DNA of 62,209 bases, filler included. It is 6 parts of 6 records of this genome, joined end to end, with 100 filler letters (N's around TTAATTAATTAA, not from the genome) between each part and the next. Parts side by side here need not be neighbours in the genome. Positions count along the whole stretch, not along the records: positions 17,878 to 24,503 come from SRR31156797_18879; positions 24,604 to 36,524 come from SRR31156797_18886; 4 more parts are not named here. One strand, given 5' to 3'. Positions within the stretch are counted from its first letter, which is position 1. Each line of letters opens with the position of its first letter. The notes beneath the pieces were generated by a model. The model had not been told where the DNA came from and did not search any database. It saw only the letters and a list, made by a program, of their open reading frames with translations. A program made the position numbers and the translations under genes. This document shows, in pieces, positions 21,079 to 30,920 of this stretch.

Positions 21079-21795
21079 ATGGATTATAACGATGAAACCT
21101 TTCTTAGGCAGGCTCCGGCTGACATTCATTGTATGAAAGCTCCAAAGGACACCCCGTTGTTCAGGAGGTTAACCGAAGAGGAACTGGAAATACTCAATAA
21201 AAACCGCATACAACTTTCTTTTAAAAAAGGTGAGATCATTAATAAACAGGGTGCATTTGCCTCAAATATCTTCTTCATCATTCAGGGCATTACCAAGACT
21301 TATATCGAAAAGGGAAATAAAAACCTGATCATCGCCATCCAGCCGGCAGGCAGCCTTATCGGATTACCGTCGCTTTCGGTTGACAACGTTTTTCATTATT
21401 CCACCAAAACCCTTGTTGATACAGAAATCAATTCGTACGACATTAACATCATCAAAAACCTGATGCGCCAAAACCCGCTTTTTGCATCAGAGATCACCGA
21501 CATCATTAACAACAATATGGTGATGCTTTACGACCGTTTTTTCAGCCTCACACAAAAGCAGTTGCACGGCCGCCTGGCTGATATTCTTTTGTGTCTTTCA
21601 CATAAAATTTACAAATCTTTGGATTTTGAGCTTTGCATGTCGAGAAAAGACCTGGCTGAACTTACCGGAATGTCTACCGAAAGCGCCATCCGGATTTTGA
21701 AGGATTTTAAAGACGACAAGATCATCGACATCTCCGGAAAACGCATGAAGATCCTGGAACTCGAGAAAATGAAACGAATCAGCGCTACCGGCTGA
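21079..21795 (+). CDS. Crp/Fnr-family transcriptional regulator
   Basis: cNMP-like domain (FKKGEII, FFIIQG); GRLADILL; HTH SRKDLAELTGMSTESAIRIL. Confidence 0.93.
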   Translation: MDYNDETFLRQAPADIHCMKAPKDTPLFRRLTEEELEILNKNRIQLSFKKGEIINKQGAFASNIFFIIQGITKTYIEKGNKNLIIAIQPAGSLIGLPSLSVDNVFHYSTKTLVDTEINSYDINIIKNLMRQNPLFASEITDIINNNMVMLYDRFFSLTQKQLHGRLADILLCLSHKIYKSLDFELCMSRKDLAELTGMSTESAIRILKDFKDDKIIDISGKRMKILELEKMKRISATG

Positions 21796-21811
21796 TCAAA
21801 TACGGGCTATC

Positions 21812-22537
21812 TTGATTACACGTCACATCCCCAATTTCGCAACCATTTTAAATCTGCTCTCAGGGAGTATTGCTATTGTATTTGCCTTTGAAGGCAACCT
21901 TGTGCTGTCAGCATGGTTTATTGCTTTTGCTGCCGTTTTTGATTTCCTGGATGGTACACTGGCCCGTTTGCTCAATGCACGATCTGCAGTTGGATTACAG
22001 CTGGATTCTTTAGCCGATGTGATTTCGTTTGGACTGGCACCTTCAGTCATCGTTTTCCAGATGATGCATTCAAGCTTTAATATACCGTTTATTTATTTCA
22101 GTGGCAAAAACCTGGTTGCATTTCTGGCATTTATCATTGCGGCATTTTCGGCGCTGAGGTTGGCCAAATTTAATGTGGACGACAGCCAGCAGGATTCTTT
22201 TTTGGGATTGCCTACTCCGGCTGATGCACTTTTTTTCGCATCGTTACCATTCGTGATGATGCAGGCCGAAAAGGATGGCGTTGAAGTAGTGGTATCCTTA
22301 CTTAAAAATTTCTGGGTGTTGCTGCTGGCTACCATTGTTTTTTCGGGAATGATGGTGTCGAAGATCAGGTTGTTTTCACTCAAAGTTAAAAACCTGCGAT
22401 TCAGTGAGAATCAAATTCGATTTGTATTTGCCGGCATGGTTTTAGTGATGATTATCATTTTGAAAGTTTATGCCCTCCCACTCACAGTCATAGTATATAT
22501 CCTGCTGTCGCTGGTAGAAAACATCAGAAAAGCATAA
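21812..22537 (+). CDS. pssA: CDP-diacylglycerol--serine O-phosphatidyltransferase
   Basis: IPNFATILN, DFLDGTLAR, GLQLDSLADVISFGLAP, RLAKFN, FLGLPTP. Confidence 0.9.
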   Translation: MITRHIPNFATILNLLSGSIAIVFAFEGNLVLSAWFIAFAAVFDFLDGTLARLLNARSAVGLQLDSLADVISFGLAPSVIVFQMMHSSFNIPFIYFSGKNLVAFLAFIIAAFSALRLAKFNVDDSQQDSFLGLPTPADALFFASLPFVMMQAEKDGVEVVVSLLKNFWVLLLATIVFSGMMVSKIRLFSLKVKNLRFSENQIRFVFAGMVLVMIIILKVYALPLTVIVYILLSLVENIRKA

Positions 22538-22554
22538 TCAAGGCTTCCTAAAAA

Positions 22555-22704
22555 CTATTTCGAAAATATTTTCACCAACCACAAAATGAGGTATAGGCCG
22601 ATACCTGTTCCAAAAGCAAGTAACAAAACTACAAATGCAATTCTTATATGTGTTACATTCCAGCCTAATTTCAGGCTCAACCATTCACAAACACCTAATA
22701 TCAT
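22555..22704 (-). CDS. PspC-domain small membrane protein
   Basis: MILGVCEWLS..IRIAFV..GIGLYLILW; start reassigned to ATG 22704. Confidence 0.85.
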   Translation of the reverse strand: MILGVCEWLSLKLGWNVTHIRIAFVVLLLAFGTGIGLYLILWLVKIFSK

Positions 22705-22776
22705 AATTTTATGGATTTGAGAGCGTAAGTACAGTGTGGACTGAGGCAATGAATTTAACCTCTGCCACACTACTTA

Positions 22777-24192
22777 TCAGACCTTACTCATATCAATATC
22801 AAACTTTATTTCTTTTTCCATGGTTGAACAGTGTAAAACACATTGTTCGCAAATGGAAAGCTCACCACGCAAGCGCTTTTTCACCATATCATCGATCCGG
22901 ATCTTGAGGGGCTCAATTTTGATGTGATTGATCACCTCGGCTGCGAAAGCATACATGAGCAACATCCGTGCGTTGTGCTCACCAATTCCCCTGGAGTTAA
23001 GATAGAACATCGCTTTTTCGTCGAGCTGGCCGATGGTGGCGCCATGGCTGCATTTTACGTCGTCGGCATAAATTTCGAGGAATGGCTTGGTGTTTACTGT
23101 GGCTTTATCGGTAAGTAAAATGTTCTTGTTGTTCTGATAGGCATTGGTATGCTGCGAATCCTTGCGCACAAGAATGTGCCCGTTAAAAACAGCATGTGCA
23201 CTATCATCAACAATGCCTTTAAAAAGTTCGTTGCTGTAACAATTCGGATACGCATGATCAACAAAAACCTGGTTATCTACATGCTGTGATTTATCCACCA
23301 GGTAAATGCCCAACACATTGGCTTCGCAATTTTCACCGTTCAGGGTCACATAATTTTCGTTGCGAATAAGGCCTCCATTCAGTGTAACGGCATTAGTGGA
23401 CAACCTTGCATCACGCTTCATGTCGAAAAACATGGAATTGATAAGCGTGGAGTTGTCATTCTTATTTTGCATTTTGTAATGGTCAACCGACGAATTTTCA
23501 CCTACAAAAATTTCTGTAACTGTGTTGATAAGGCTTTGCTGATGATCAACAGAATCGTCGCACTGAACCAGTTGCAGACTACTGTTTTTACCAACAATAA
23601 CCAGGTTATGATTCTGGATAAAAATATTTTCGTCGTGATGGATGATATTCACCATCTGGAGGGGCATTTTCACCTGCACATTATCCGGCACATAAATAAA
23701 AACACCATCTTCTGAAAAGGCATTGTTCAGGGCAACAAAACCGCTTTTGGTGTCATCTGCAATTTTTCCGTAGTGTGCCTCAATCAGGTCACGATATTTT
23801 TCCTTAGCCATCGACAGGCTCCCAACAACAACACCCTGTTTGTCGGCATTAATGCTCCCGTTTTTCGAAATATACCAGCCATTCAACTGCGAAATCATAT
23901 CCGTTTCCAGATGTGGAATATCGCATTGAAAAATCTTATCCAGGTCAACCTGAGGTTTGAATGTGGGTTCCAGGTAATAATTGTAATCTGCCTTTAACGA
24001 TTTTGAAATATCCGTGTTGAGCCAGTTTTCGGTTTTTTTACCGGGGAATCCCTGTTTCCGAAACTGAGCGATGGCGGCTTTCCTGCGTTCGATCAAGGCC
24101 GGGGAATCATTCCTGAAAATCACCTCCTGGTTCTCTTCAAAAATGCTGATCATCTTCTGATCGAGCGGCATATTTTCAGTTTTAATTTCCAT
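22777..24192 (-). CDS. sufD: Fe-S cluster assembly protein SufD
   Basis: FVALNNAF, FKGIVD, AVFNG, PFLEIYADDVKCSHGATIG, FYLNSRGI; follows sufC. Confidence 0.95.
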   Translation of the reverse strand: MEIKTENMPLDQKMISIFEENQEVIFRNDSPALIERRKAAIAQFRKQGFPGKKTENWLNTDISKSLKADYNYYLEPTFKPQVDLDKIFQCDIPHLETDMISQLNGWYISKNGSINADKQGVVVGSLSMAKEKYRDLIEAHYGKIADDTKSGFVALNNAFSEDGVFIYVPDNVQVKMPLQMVNIIHHDENIFIQNHNLVIVGKNSSLQLVQCDDSVDHQQSLINTVTEIFVGENSSVDHYKMQNKNDNSTLINSMFFDMKRDARLSTNAVTLNGGLIRNENYVTLNGENCEANVLGIYLVDKSQHVDNQVFVDHAYPNCYSNELFKGIVDDSAHAVFNGHILVRKDSQHTNAYQNNKNILLTDKATVNTKPFLEIYADDVKCSHGATIGQLDEKAMFYLNSRGIGEHNARMLLMYAFAAEVINHIKIEPLKIRIDDMVKKRLRGELSICEQCVLHCSTMEKEIKFDIDMSKV

Positions 24193-24196
24193 AATT

Positions 24197-24502
24197 TTAA
24201 GCTTCTGCTTTTAACCAGTCATATCCTTTGGCTTCGAGCTCAAGGGCCAGTTCTTTCTTACCTGATTTCACGATCCGGCCATCAAACAGTACATGCACAA
24301 AATCGGGGATTATATAATCAAGCAAACGCTGATAGTGTGTAATTACAACTGTTGAATTTTCAGGTGTTTTCAGCGTATTCACACCATTTGCCACAACCTT
24401 AAGCGCGTCTATATCCAGCCCTGAATCGGTTTCATCCAATATGGCCAATTCAGGTTTGAGCATCGCCATCTGGAAGATTTCGTTCTTTTTCTTTTCTCCA
24501 CC
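24197..24502 (-). CDS. sufC: Fe-S cluster assembly ATPase SufC, C-terminal fragment
   Basis: [37 protein letters not shown]. Confidence 0.95.
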   Translation of the reverse strand, partial: GGEKKKNEIFQMAMLKPELAILDETDSGLDIDALKVVANGVNTLKTPENSTVVITHYQRLLDYIIPDFVHVLFDGRIVKSGKKELALELEAKGYDWLKAEA

Positions 24503-24503
24503 C

Positions 24504-24603
24504 NNNNNNNNNNNNNNNNNNNNNNNNNNNNNNNNNNNNNNNNNNNNTTAATTAATTAANNNNNNNNNNNNNNNNNNNNNNNNNNNNNNNNNNNNNNNNN
24601 NNN
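24504..24603. other. Artificial contig spacer
   Basis: Same linker. Confidence 0.99.
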
Positions 24604-25091
24604 TTTGGTAAAGAAGCATCAATATCTGACCATTTTTTGTATGGGTTAGCGATTAAAGATTTTCCATCTTTACTTGGAACTTCAGCAGCAGTTGCAAGTG
24701 CAAGTTGTTTTTTAGTTACAGAAACAGGAGCGTTTGATTTTGCTTGAGCAATTGCAATACCATCGTATCCAACTACAGCTTCAGTAATATTAGTTACACC
24801 ATTTTTTTCACAAAGAGTAAACTCTTTAGTTTTCATTCTTCTAGATGCATTAGTGATATCTGGAGTGTTCATATCGTTTCCAGCACAGAATAGTTTCATT
24901 CCACCACCTGAACCAGTAGACTCAACAACTGGAGTTGGGAATTTTGTAGTAGCACCTAATTCTTCAGCAACAGAAGAAGAGAATGGATATACAGTTGAAG
25001 ATCCAACGATTTTGATTTGGTCTCTAGCAGATAATGTAACAGCTAAAGCAGACGCCGCTAAAAGCGAGATTGCAGTTTTTTTCATTGTCAT
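24604..25091 (-). CDS. pstS: Phosphate ABC transporter substrate-binding protein (3' truncated)
   Basis: RDQIKIVGSSTVYPF, ESTGSGGGMKLFC, DITNASR, GYDGI. Confidence 0.93.
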
Positions 25092-25125
25092 GATTGATTT
25101 CCTTTTATGATTTTTTAACGGGCGT

Positions 25126-25168
25126 AGTATAATATAAAACGATTACTATTTGGTTACAAAGTTGAAAC
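25126..25168 (-). promoter_or_regulatory. pstS promoter: -10 TATACT plus Pho-box-like 11-bp-period direct repeats
   Basis: Minus strand GTTTC-N6-GTAAC-N6-GTAAT, then TATACT at 25131-25126. Confidence 0.65.
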
Positions 25169-25193
25169 TATTAAAAGAAGTTTAAAAGGAGGA

Positions 25194-25829
25194 TTATGCC
25201 CAAAGTTGTAGATCAGGCATATTTGATATAGCTTTGATAAGATCTGTTTTAGAAAGCATCCCTAAAATGACCCCTTTTTGATCTACTATAGGCATAGCAT
25301 CTATTTGGTAGTTGAGCATCACTTTTGCTACTTGTCTAATATCTGAGTTTGGATCTGAGGTGATAAGTTCAGGAAAAACAAGCTCTTTTAGTTGTTGTTG
25401 TAAGATATTTTCTGTCTCTTTAATATCTTCAAGAATAAAGTTTAAAATATTTTTTTTACTTACCATACTAATAAGGTGGTTTCCGTATGTTACTACAGGT
25501 ATTTGACTAATCTGTTCTTTTTTTAGAAGATCATATGCTTCTTGTAGTGTTGCTTGGGAATCAATACAAATAATATCATGAGACATGATATCTTTTACAT
25601 AATACACAATATCGTGGGTATCAAGTGTTGAGACTTTATTATATTTATCTATTGCTGCTTTTTGAGTTTTAGGCGAAGTTTTTTTCTTTAAAAACTGATC
25701 AAAACTATAATAGATGTCATCGTCTGGCTTATGTCGTGATGGAGATGCTTGATCAACTTTTTCTAAAGTATAAAGATTTCCTGAAGTACTTCTAAAGGTA
25801 ACACTTCCTTTGTTATATATTGCAAACAT
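25194..25829 (-). CDS. CBS-domain pair protein with N-terminal extension
   Basis: VKDIMS, QIPVV, AMPIVD, GMLSKTDLI. Confidence 0.88.
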   Translation of the reverse strand: MFAIYNKGSVTFRSTSGNLYTLEKVDQASPSRHKPDDDIYYSFDQFLKKKTSPKTQKAAIDKYNKVSTLDTHDIVYYVKDIMSHDIICIDSQATLQEAYDLLKKEQISQIPVVTYGNHLISMVSKKNILNFILEDIKETENILQQQLKELVFPELITSDPNSDIRQVAKVMLNYQIDAMPIVDQKGVILGMLSKTDLIKAISNMPDLQLWA

Positions 25830-25841
25830 TTATATCCCCTT

Positions 25842-25925
25842 TTATTTTTTTGCCATCATTATAAAGCCTGCAACAACAGCAACTATAATAACGACTAAAA
25901 ATATGATGAGTCCAATATCTTCCAT
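25842..25925 (-). CDS. Putative 27-aa single-transmembrane small protein (not in ORF track)
   Basis: AAAGGA RBS; MEDIGLIIFLVVIIVAVVAGFIMMAKK*; stop abuts the CBS gene RBS. Confidence 0.6.
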   Translation of the reverse strand: MEDIGLIIFLVVIIVAVVAGFIMMAKK

Positions 25926-26105
25926 TAAGTGATCCTTTATTTCATGTTTTTTCATTTTAGAAAAGAAATGTCAAGTTTACAAGGTGATATTTCTTGACAG
26001 TTTCTTGATATATTGGAAAATATAAAAAGATCTATTATGGAAATATTTAAAGGAAAAGTCAAAACTATTATAAAGTACAATTGGTTATAATCGAAAAAAA
26101 TTTAT

Positions 26106-27398
26106 ATGGATAGTACAATGAGAATAATAGAGATATTTAAACAACTTACAAAGATACCAAGATGTAGTGGTACTTATGAGCCATTTATAGAGTTTTTAAA
26201 AGAGTTTAGTGAAAAAAATAATTTTGTATGTGAAGTGGATAGTGTTAACAATATACTTTGTTATAAAAAAGAGAGTAAAAGAGATATATGCTTACAATCC
26301 CACTATGATATTGTATGTTTAGAAGAGGGAAAAGTACCTGAAGTTTTGGAAGATGAGGGATATTTAGTAGCACGTGATTCTACTTTAGGGGCAGATAATG
26401 GAATAGGATGTGCGTATATGCTTGCTTTAATGGAAGAGGGAGTAGAGGCTGAATATCTTTTTACTAGTGATGAAGAGATAGGATTGATTGGGGCAAATGA
26501 TATAGAATTTGAGCTTCAAGCTTCGAAGATGTTAAATCTTGATAGTGAGATGGAAGGGGAGATCTGTATTGGATGTGCAGGTGGGATTGATATCTTTGCT
26601 ACCACACATAAAGGGGAGTATCTTAAAAATAAAGAGAAAAAAACACTGTATGAGATCTCTCTTGATGATCTTGTTGGTGGACATAGTGGAGTAGATATTG
26701 ATAAAAATATCCCAAATGCCATAAAACTTTTAGTAAAAACAATTAAAGAGTGTGACGGGGAGCTTCTTGATCTTGAAGGGGGACAAAGGATCAACTCTAT
26801 CCCAAAATCAGCAAGGGCTATTATCGTATCACATAATGAGCCAAAAGCAACTCATCCAAATATGAAGATAGAAAAAGTTGATCAGCATACAGAACATTAC
26901 AAAAGGCTTGATCAAAGTATTGTTGATTTTATCTATATCTTTGCTGATGGTGTAAGGGGATATGATAAAGAGTTAGGGGTAGTTTTAAATTCGATCAATT
27001 TAGCAAAAGTTGAAAATACCATTGATGGGGTGAAAATTAGTCTGAGTGCTAGAAGCATGGAAAAAGTAGCTTTAGAGAACCTAGCTAAAGAGACGGTATC
27101 TCTTTTAGAGATGTTTGGATTTGATGTCTCAACTGCTGGAAAATATCCACCATGGAAGCCAGAGAAAAACAACTTTATCCATGAAGTTTATGAAGCATAT
27201 AAAGAGATAGTGCCTAAAACTACCTTAAATGCTATTCATGCAGGATTAGAGTGTGCCATATTTAAAGATAGATATCCAAATATTGATGTATGTTCAATTG
27301 GACCTAATATTTTCTTTCCCCATTCACATAGGGAAAGGTGTGAGATAAGTTCTGTAGTAAAGTTGTATGATATTGTTAAAAAGATAGTAACGAAATAG
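26106..27398 (+). CDS. pepD: Aminoacyl-histidine dipeptidase (M20)
   Basis: LQSHYDIV, TLGADNGIG, TSDEEIG, NLDSE, GGHSG, IHAGLEC, PHS. Confidence 0.9.
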   Translation: MDSTMRIIEIFKQLTKIPRCSGTYEPFIEFLKEFSEKNNFVCEVDSVNNILCYKKESKRDICLQSHYDIVCLEEGKVPEVLEDEGYLVARDSTLGADNGIGCAYMLALMEEGVEAEYLFTSDEEIGLIGANDIEFELQASKMLNLDSEMEGEICIGCAGGIDIFATTHKGEYLKNKEKKTLYEISLDDLVGGHSGVDIDKNIPNAIKLLVKTIKECDGELLDLEGGQRINSIPKSARAIIVSHNEPKATHPNMKIEKVDQHTEHYKRLDQSIVDFIYIFADGVRGYDKELGVVLNSINLAKVENTIDGVKISLSARSMEKVALENLAKETVSLLEMFGFDVSTAGKYPPWKPEKNNFIHEVYEAYKEIVPKTTLNAIHAGLECAIFKDRYPNIDVCSIGPNIFFPHSHRERCEISSVVKLYDIVKKIVTK

Positions 27399-27399
27399 T

Positions 27400-27792
27400 T
27401 TAGAAAGTTTCGTTTCTATTGACATAATCCAATGTTAATTGGATTCCACTAGCAAATTTTTCTTTATCAAAAGGTTTGACGATCCAAGAAGTTGCTCCAA
27501 CTTGTCTCCCTTTTGCTTTCATCTCATTACTTCTCTCAGTGGTTAAAACCATAATAGGTGTTGACATATAATCAAACATATTTCTCAAATTTGAGATTAG
27601 TTCAAACCCATCCATTCTTGGCATATTGATATCTATAATAAAAAACTCATACTCTTCATCTGCAGTTTGTACTTTTTCAAGAGCATCCACTCCATCAATT
27701 GCTGTATCAAAGTCAGCATAACCTGATTGCATAAGGGTTTGAGATACAAGATCTCTCATTGTTGGTGAGTCGTCAACTGCTAATATCTTCAT
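27400..27792 (-). CDS. CheY-like single-domain response regulator
   Basis: AVDDSPTMR, IDINMPRMDG, VLTTE, WIVKPF. Confidence 0.92.
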   Translation of the reverse strand: MKILAVDDSPTMRDLVSQTLMQSGYADFDTAIDGVDALEKVQTADEEYEFFIIDINMPRMDGFELISNLRNMFDYMSTPIMVLTTERSNEMKAKGRQVGATSWIVKPFDKEKFASGIQLTLDYVNRNETF

Positions 27793-29099
27793 ATTTGATC
27801 CTCTTTTATTATTTGATTTCTTCCATTTTCTTTTGCTTTGTAAAGATTCATATCTGCTTTATTTATGTAATGATTCAAAAAATTATTATGGTATGATTCT
27901 TTAGGCTCAATGGTTGTCAAGCCTATACTTACGGTAGTTTTGATAGTTTTTTCATCTTCATGAAGTTCAAATTCTTCAAAACTTTGGCGTATTTTATCTA
28001 AAACTATATAAGCCTTATGTAAATCAATAGCAGGAAGAATGAGAATAAACTCTTCTCCTCCATAACGGATAATAATATCAGAGTTACGAATATTCTCTTT
28101 GACTTTTTGAACAAAGTTGTAAAGCATTTTATCTCCAGCTACATGCCCATAGGTATCATTGATCTGTTTAAAGTGATCAAGATCACAAAGTGCTATAGCA
28201 AAACGGGTGTTGGTAGCAAGGGACAGCTCATATTGGTTTTGAAAAAGTTGTGCTAAGACTTGTCTTCCTAAAGCTCCTGTTAAAGAGTCTTTGGTGGCTT
28301 TTTTATTGATGATCGTATTATCAATAAGCGCTAATTCTGTTCCAATAGAGAGTGATAAAAGTTCTGCTTTTTCTAAATATGTAAGGAGTACGTCATAGTC
28401 TTTTTCATTGTTAAGTAAGATATGTTTTACTTGTGAAGAGATATAGTGAAGCTGAGAATGGACTCTATCAAGTTCTTTTAGTTTTGAGTTGTTTTGAACA
28501 ATACTTTTTGCATCATTAATAAGCCATTTTCCAAATTTACATAAGGTTTTATCTGTTTGTGGAAACTCCTCAAGTTCATTTTTTTGCAAGGCTTGTGTAA
28601 GCTCAATTAACCAATGAAGATGATCAGCATAATGTTCTACAACAAATTGTTCTACCATATCTCCAAGGCTAGAGAGCCTATGGTTACACATGGAAATCAG
28701 TTTTTGTGTGTAGATATAAAGATACTCTTTTGCAATAATATTCTCAGATGATTTTCCTACTTTATAAATAGTGATAATATCATCTTGTTTTTCATAGTTG
28801 ATCAAATACTCCATAATAATGTGTTGGAGTTGATTGAGTTCGTTTAATAGAGTAATATAAGGGATCTCTAATTCAATATATAAAGCTGTAAGTTCCATAT
28901 ATGCAGATGCTAGCTCTTGACTTTTCCCTAAACAATAAAAAGAGATGATATTTTGATAGATATTTTTGATACTTGAAGTGTCACTCTCTTCAATAGATCG
29001 TCCTATAATATTTTTATCAAAAAACTCTTCAATAATAAAGCTTTTTTTCTCACTTAGAAGCTTTGCAGTTTCGTAAGAGAATTGGTTTATTTCACCCAT
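27789..29099 (-). CDS. Diguanylate cyclase with CZB zinc-binding sensor domain
   Basis: CZB: DHLHW, CKFGKW, HSQLH; GGDEF domain: [38 protein letters not shown]. Confidence 0.9.
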   Translation of the reverse strand: MGEINQFSYETAKLLSEKKSFIIEEFFDKNIIGRSIEESDTSSIKNIYQNIISFYCLGKSQELASAYMELTALYIELEIPYITLLNELNQLQHIIMEYLINYEKQDDIITIYKVGKSSENIIAKEYLYIYTQKLISMCNHRLSSLGDMVEQFVVEHYADHLHWLIELTQALQKNELEEFPQTDKTLCKFGKWLINDAKSIVQNNSKLKELDRVHSQLHYISSQVKHILLNNEKDYDVLLTYLEKAELLSLSIGTELALIDNTIINKKATKDSLTGALGRQVLAQLFQNQYELSLATNTRFAIALCDLDHFKQINDTYGHVAGDKMLYNFVQKVKENIRNSDIIIRYGGEEFILILPAIDLHKAYIVLDKIRQSFEEFELHEDEKTIKTTVSIGLTTIEPKESYHNNFLNHYINKADMNLYKAKENGRNQIIKEDQI

Positions 29100-30165
29100 T
29101 CGTATCCTTTTGTTTTTGAACCTCTTTTTCTACCTCTTGTAAAAATTTATCAAGTAGTTTATCCGTAGGAAGTTTTTCTATCACTTCACCTTTTTTAATA
29201 ATAAGTCCACTCCCTTTTCCATAAGCGATTGCCACATCAGCACTTTTTGCTTCACCAATTGCATTGACTACGCATCCCATTACAGATACATTTAAAGGAG
29301 TCTTTATATGTTTTGTAGCATTTTCTACTTCTTTAACTGCACTTACAAGATCAGCTTCAATTCTTCCACACGTTGGACAAGAGATGATATTAAGACCATC
29401 TTTAATCACTCCTGCATCTTTTAAAATAGCCCGTCCAACTTCGATCTCCTTTTCAAGCTCTCCTGTCATAGAGACTCTTAAAGTATCACCAATCCCATCA
29501 AGTAAAAGTGCTCCAAGTGCAATTGAAGATTTTATAGTAGAGTGAAACTCAGTTCCAGCTTCAGTGACTCCTAGGTGAAATGGATAATTATTTAAAGGTC
29601 GAAGCATTCTATAGGCTTCTACAGTTCTTTGTACATCACTTGCTTTTAAAGATATTTTTATATCTGTAAAGTCTAGGTCTTCTAGATATTTTATATTGTA
29701 AAGAGCTGATTCTACCATCCCCTTAGCACTTTGTCCATATTTATCTTCAAACTGCGATTCTAAACTTCCACAGTTTACTCCAATTCGAACAGGAAGATTT
29801 CTCTCTTTGCACGCTTTTACAATCTCTTTTATTCTACTTTGTTCTCCAATGTTCCCTGGGTTAAAACGGATACAATCTACCCATTTAGCAGCTTCTAAAG
29901 CTAATTTATAATGAAAGTGAATATCAGCTACTATAGGGAGTGAGGTTTGAGCTTTGATCTCTTTAAGTGCAAGAGCATCTTCCATATTTGGAACTGCAAC
30001 TCGAACGATATCAGCTCCAGCAAAGTGTAGTCTATTGATCTGCTCTACTGTAGCTTGTATATCATGGGTATTAGAATAGGTCATTGATTGGACTGAGATA
30101 GGAGCATCTCCTCCAACAGCTACATCACCTACATAGATTTTTTTTGTTTCATATCTTTTTATCAT
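29092..30165 (-). CDS. ispG: (E)-4-hydroxy-3-methylbut-2-enyl-diphosphate synthase
   Basis: [42 protein letters not shown]; start reassigned to MIKRYET at 30165. Confidence 0.97.
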   Translation of the reverse strand: MIKRYETKKIYVGDVAVGGDAPISVQSMTYSNTHDIQATVEQINRLHFAGADIVRVAVPNMEDALALKEIKAQTSLPIVADIHFHYKLALEAAKWVDCIRFNPGNIGEQSRIKEIVKACKERNLPVRIGVNCGSLESQFEDKYGQSAKGMVESALYNIKYLEDLDFTDIKISLKASDVQRTVEAYRMLRPLNNYPFHLGVTEAGTEFHSTIKSSIALGALLLDGIGDTLRVSMTGELEKEIEVGRAILKDAGVIKDGLNIISCPTCGRIEADLVSAVKEVENATKHIKTPLNVSVMGCVVNAIGEAKSADVAIAYGKGSGLIIKKGEVIEKLPTDKLLDKFLQEVEKEVQKQKDTNG

Positions 30166-30242
30166 AAGCGGATTGTACATCAAATCACTTTTAGATTATC
30201 TTAGTTTCTTTTGGGTATAATCACGAAAAATTTAAAAGATAA

Positions 30243-30911
30243 TTGTTAGGAATTTTTTTGGAAAATCTTGTCATACTTGATATTATTGTTATTTCACTCA
30301 TCGTTATATTAGGACTTAAAGGACTTTTTCGAGGTCTTATTAAAGAACTTTTTGGACTTATTGGAATTGTAGGGGGAGTTTTTGTAGCTTCTAGAATGGC
30401 CAAAGATAGTGGGTATATTATTAATGACCTTATCCCAATGTCAAATGAGAATACCATTCTCCTAGTAGGATTTATAGCTTCACTTATTGTATTTTGGATT
30501 TTAGCGTATCTTTTAGGGATTGTATTGCAAAAGATATTTGATGCTAGTGGCTTAGGGATCTTTGATAGAGTATTTGGGTTTATCTTTGGTGCTGGAAAGA
30601 TATTTTTACTCTTTTCGATCATCGCATATGCAGTATCACAAGTTAAAGTTATCAATGATAATTTAGCTCCAAAAGTAGCAAATAGCTTTGTTTTTCCACT
30701 TTTACAAGATACGGGGGCATATATTATTAAGCTTGATACGACCAAGTTACAAGGGGACGTTACAAAACAGTTTGATAATGTGGTAAACTCTGCAAAAGAA
30801 ACTATTGAAGAGGTTTCAAAAGAGGAGATGGAGAAAAAAGCTGGCGAGTTGCAAAAACAGCTTCAACAGAGCACAAATACACAGACAGATCAAAAAGAAT
30901 CAAAAGAGTAA
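30243..30911 (+). CDS. cvpA: CvpA (colicin V production) family membrane protein
   Basis: DIIVI..GLFRGLIKE.FGLIG, DRVFGFIFG; TATAAT at 30216. Confidence 0.88.
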   Translation: MLGIFLENLVILDIIVISLIVILGLKGLFRGLIKELFGLIGIVGGVFVASRMAKDSGYIINDLIPMSNENTILLVGFIASLIVFWILAYLLGIVLQKIFDASGLGIFDRVFGFIFGAGKIFLLFSIIAYAVSQVKVINDNLAPKVANSFVFPLLQDTGAYIIKLDTTKLQGDVTKQFDNVVNSAKETIEEVSKEEMEKKAGELQKQLQQSTNTQTDQKESKE

Positions 30912-30920
30912 GGAAAAATA

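Noticed and set aside
24552..24603. ORF-track extensions with X runs (pstS, trpE-like, MASE3)
   Set aside because: Read-through into spacer Ns; the genes are truncated by contig ends, not pseudogenes
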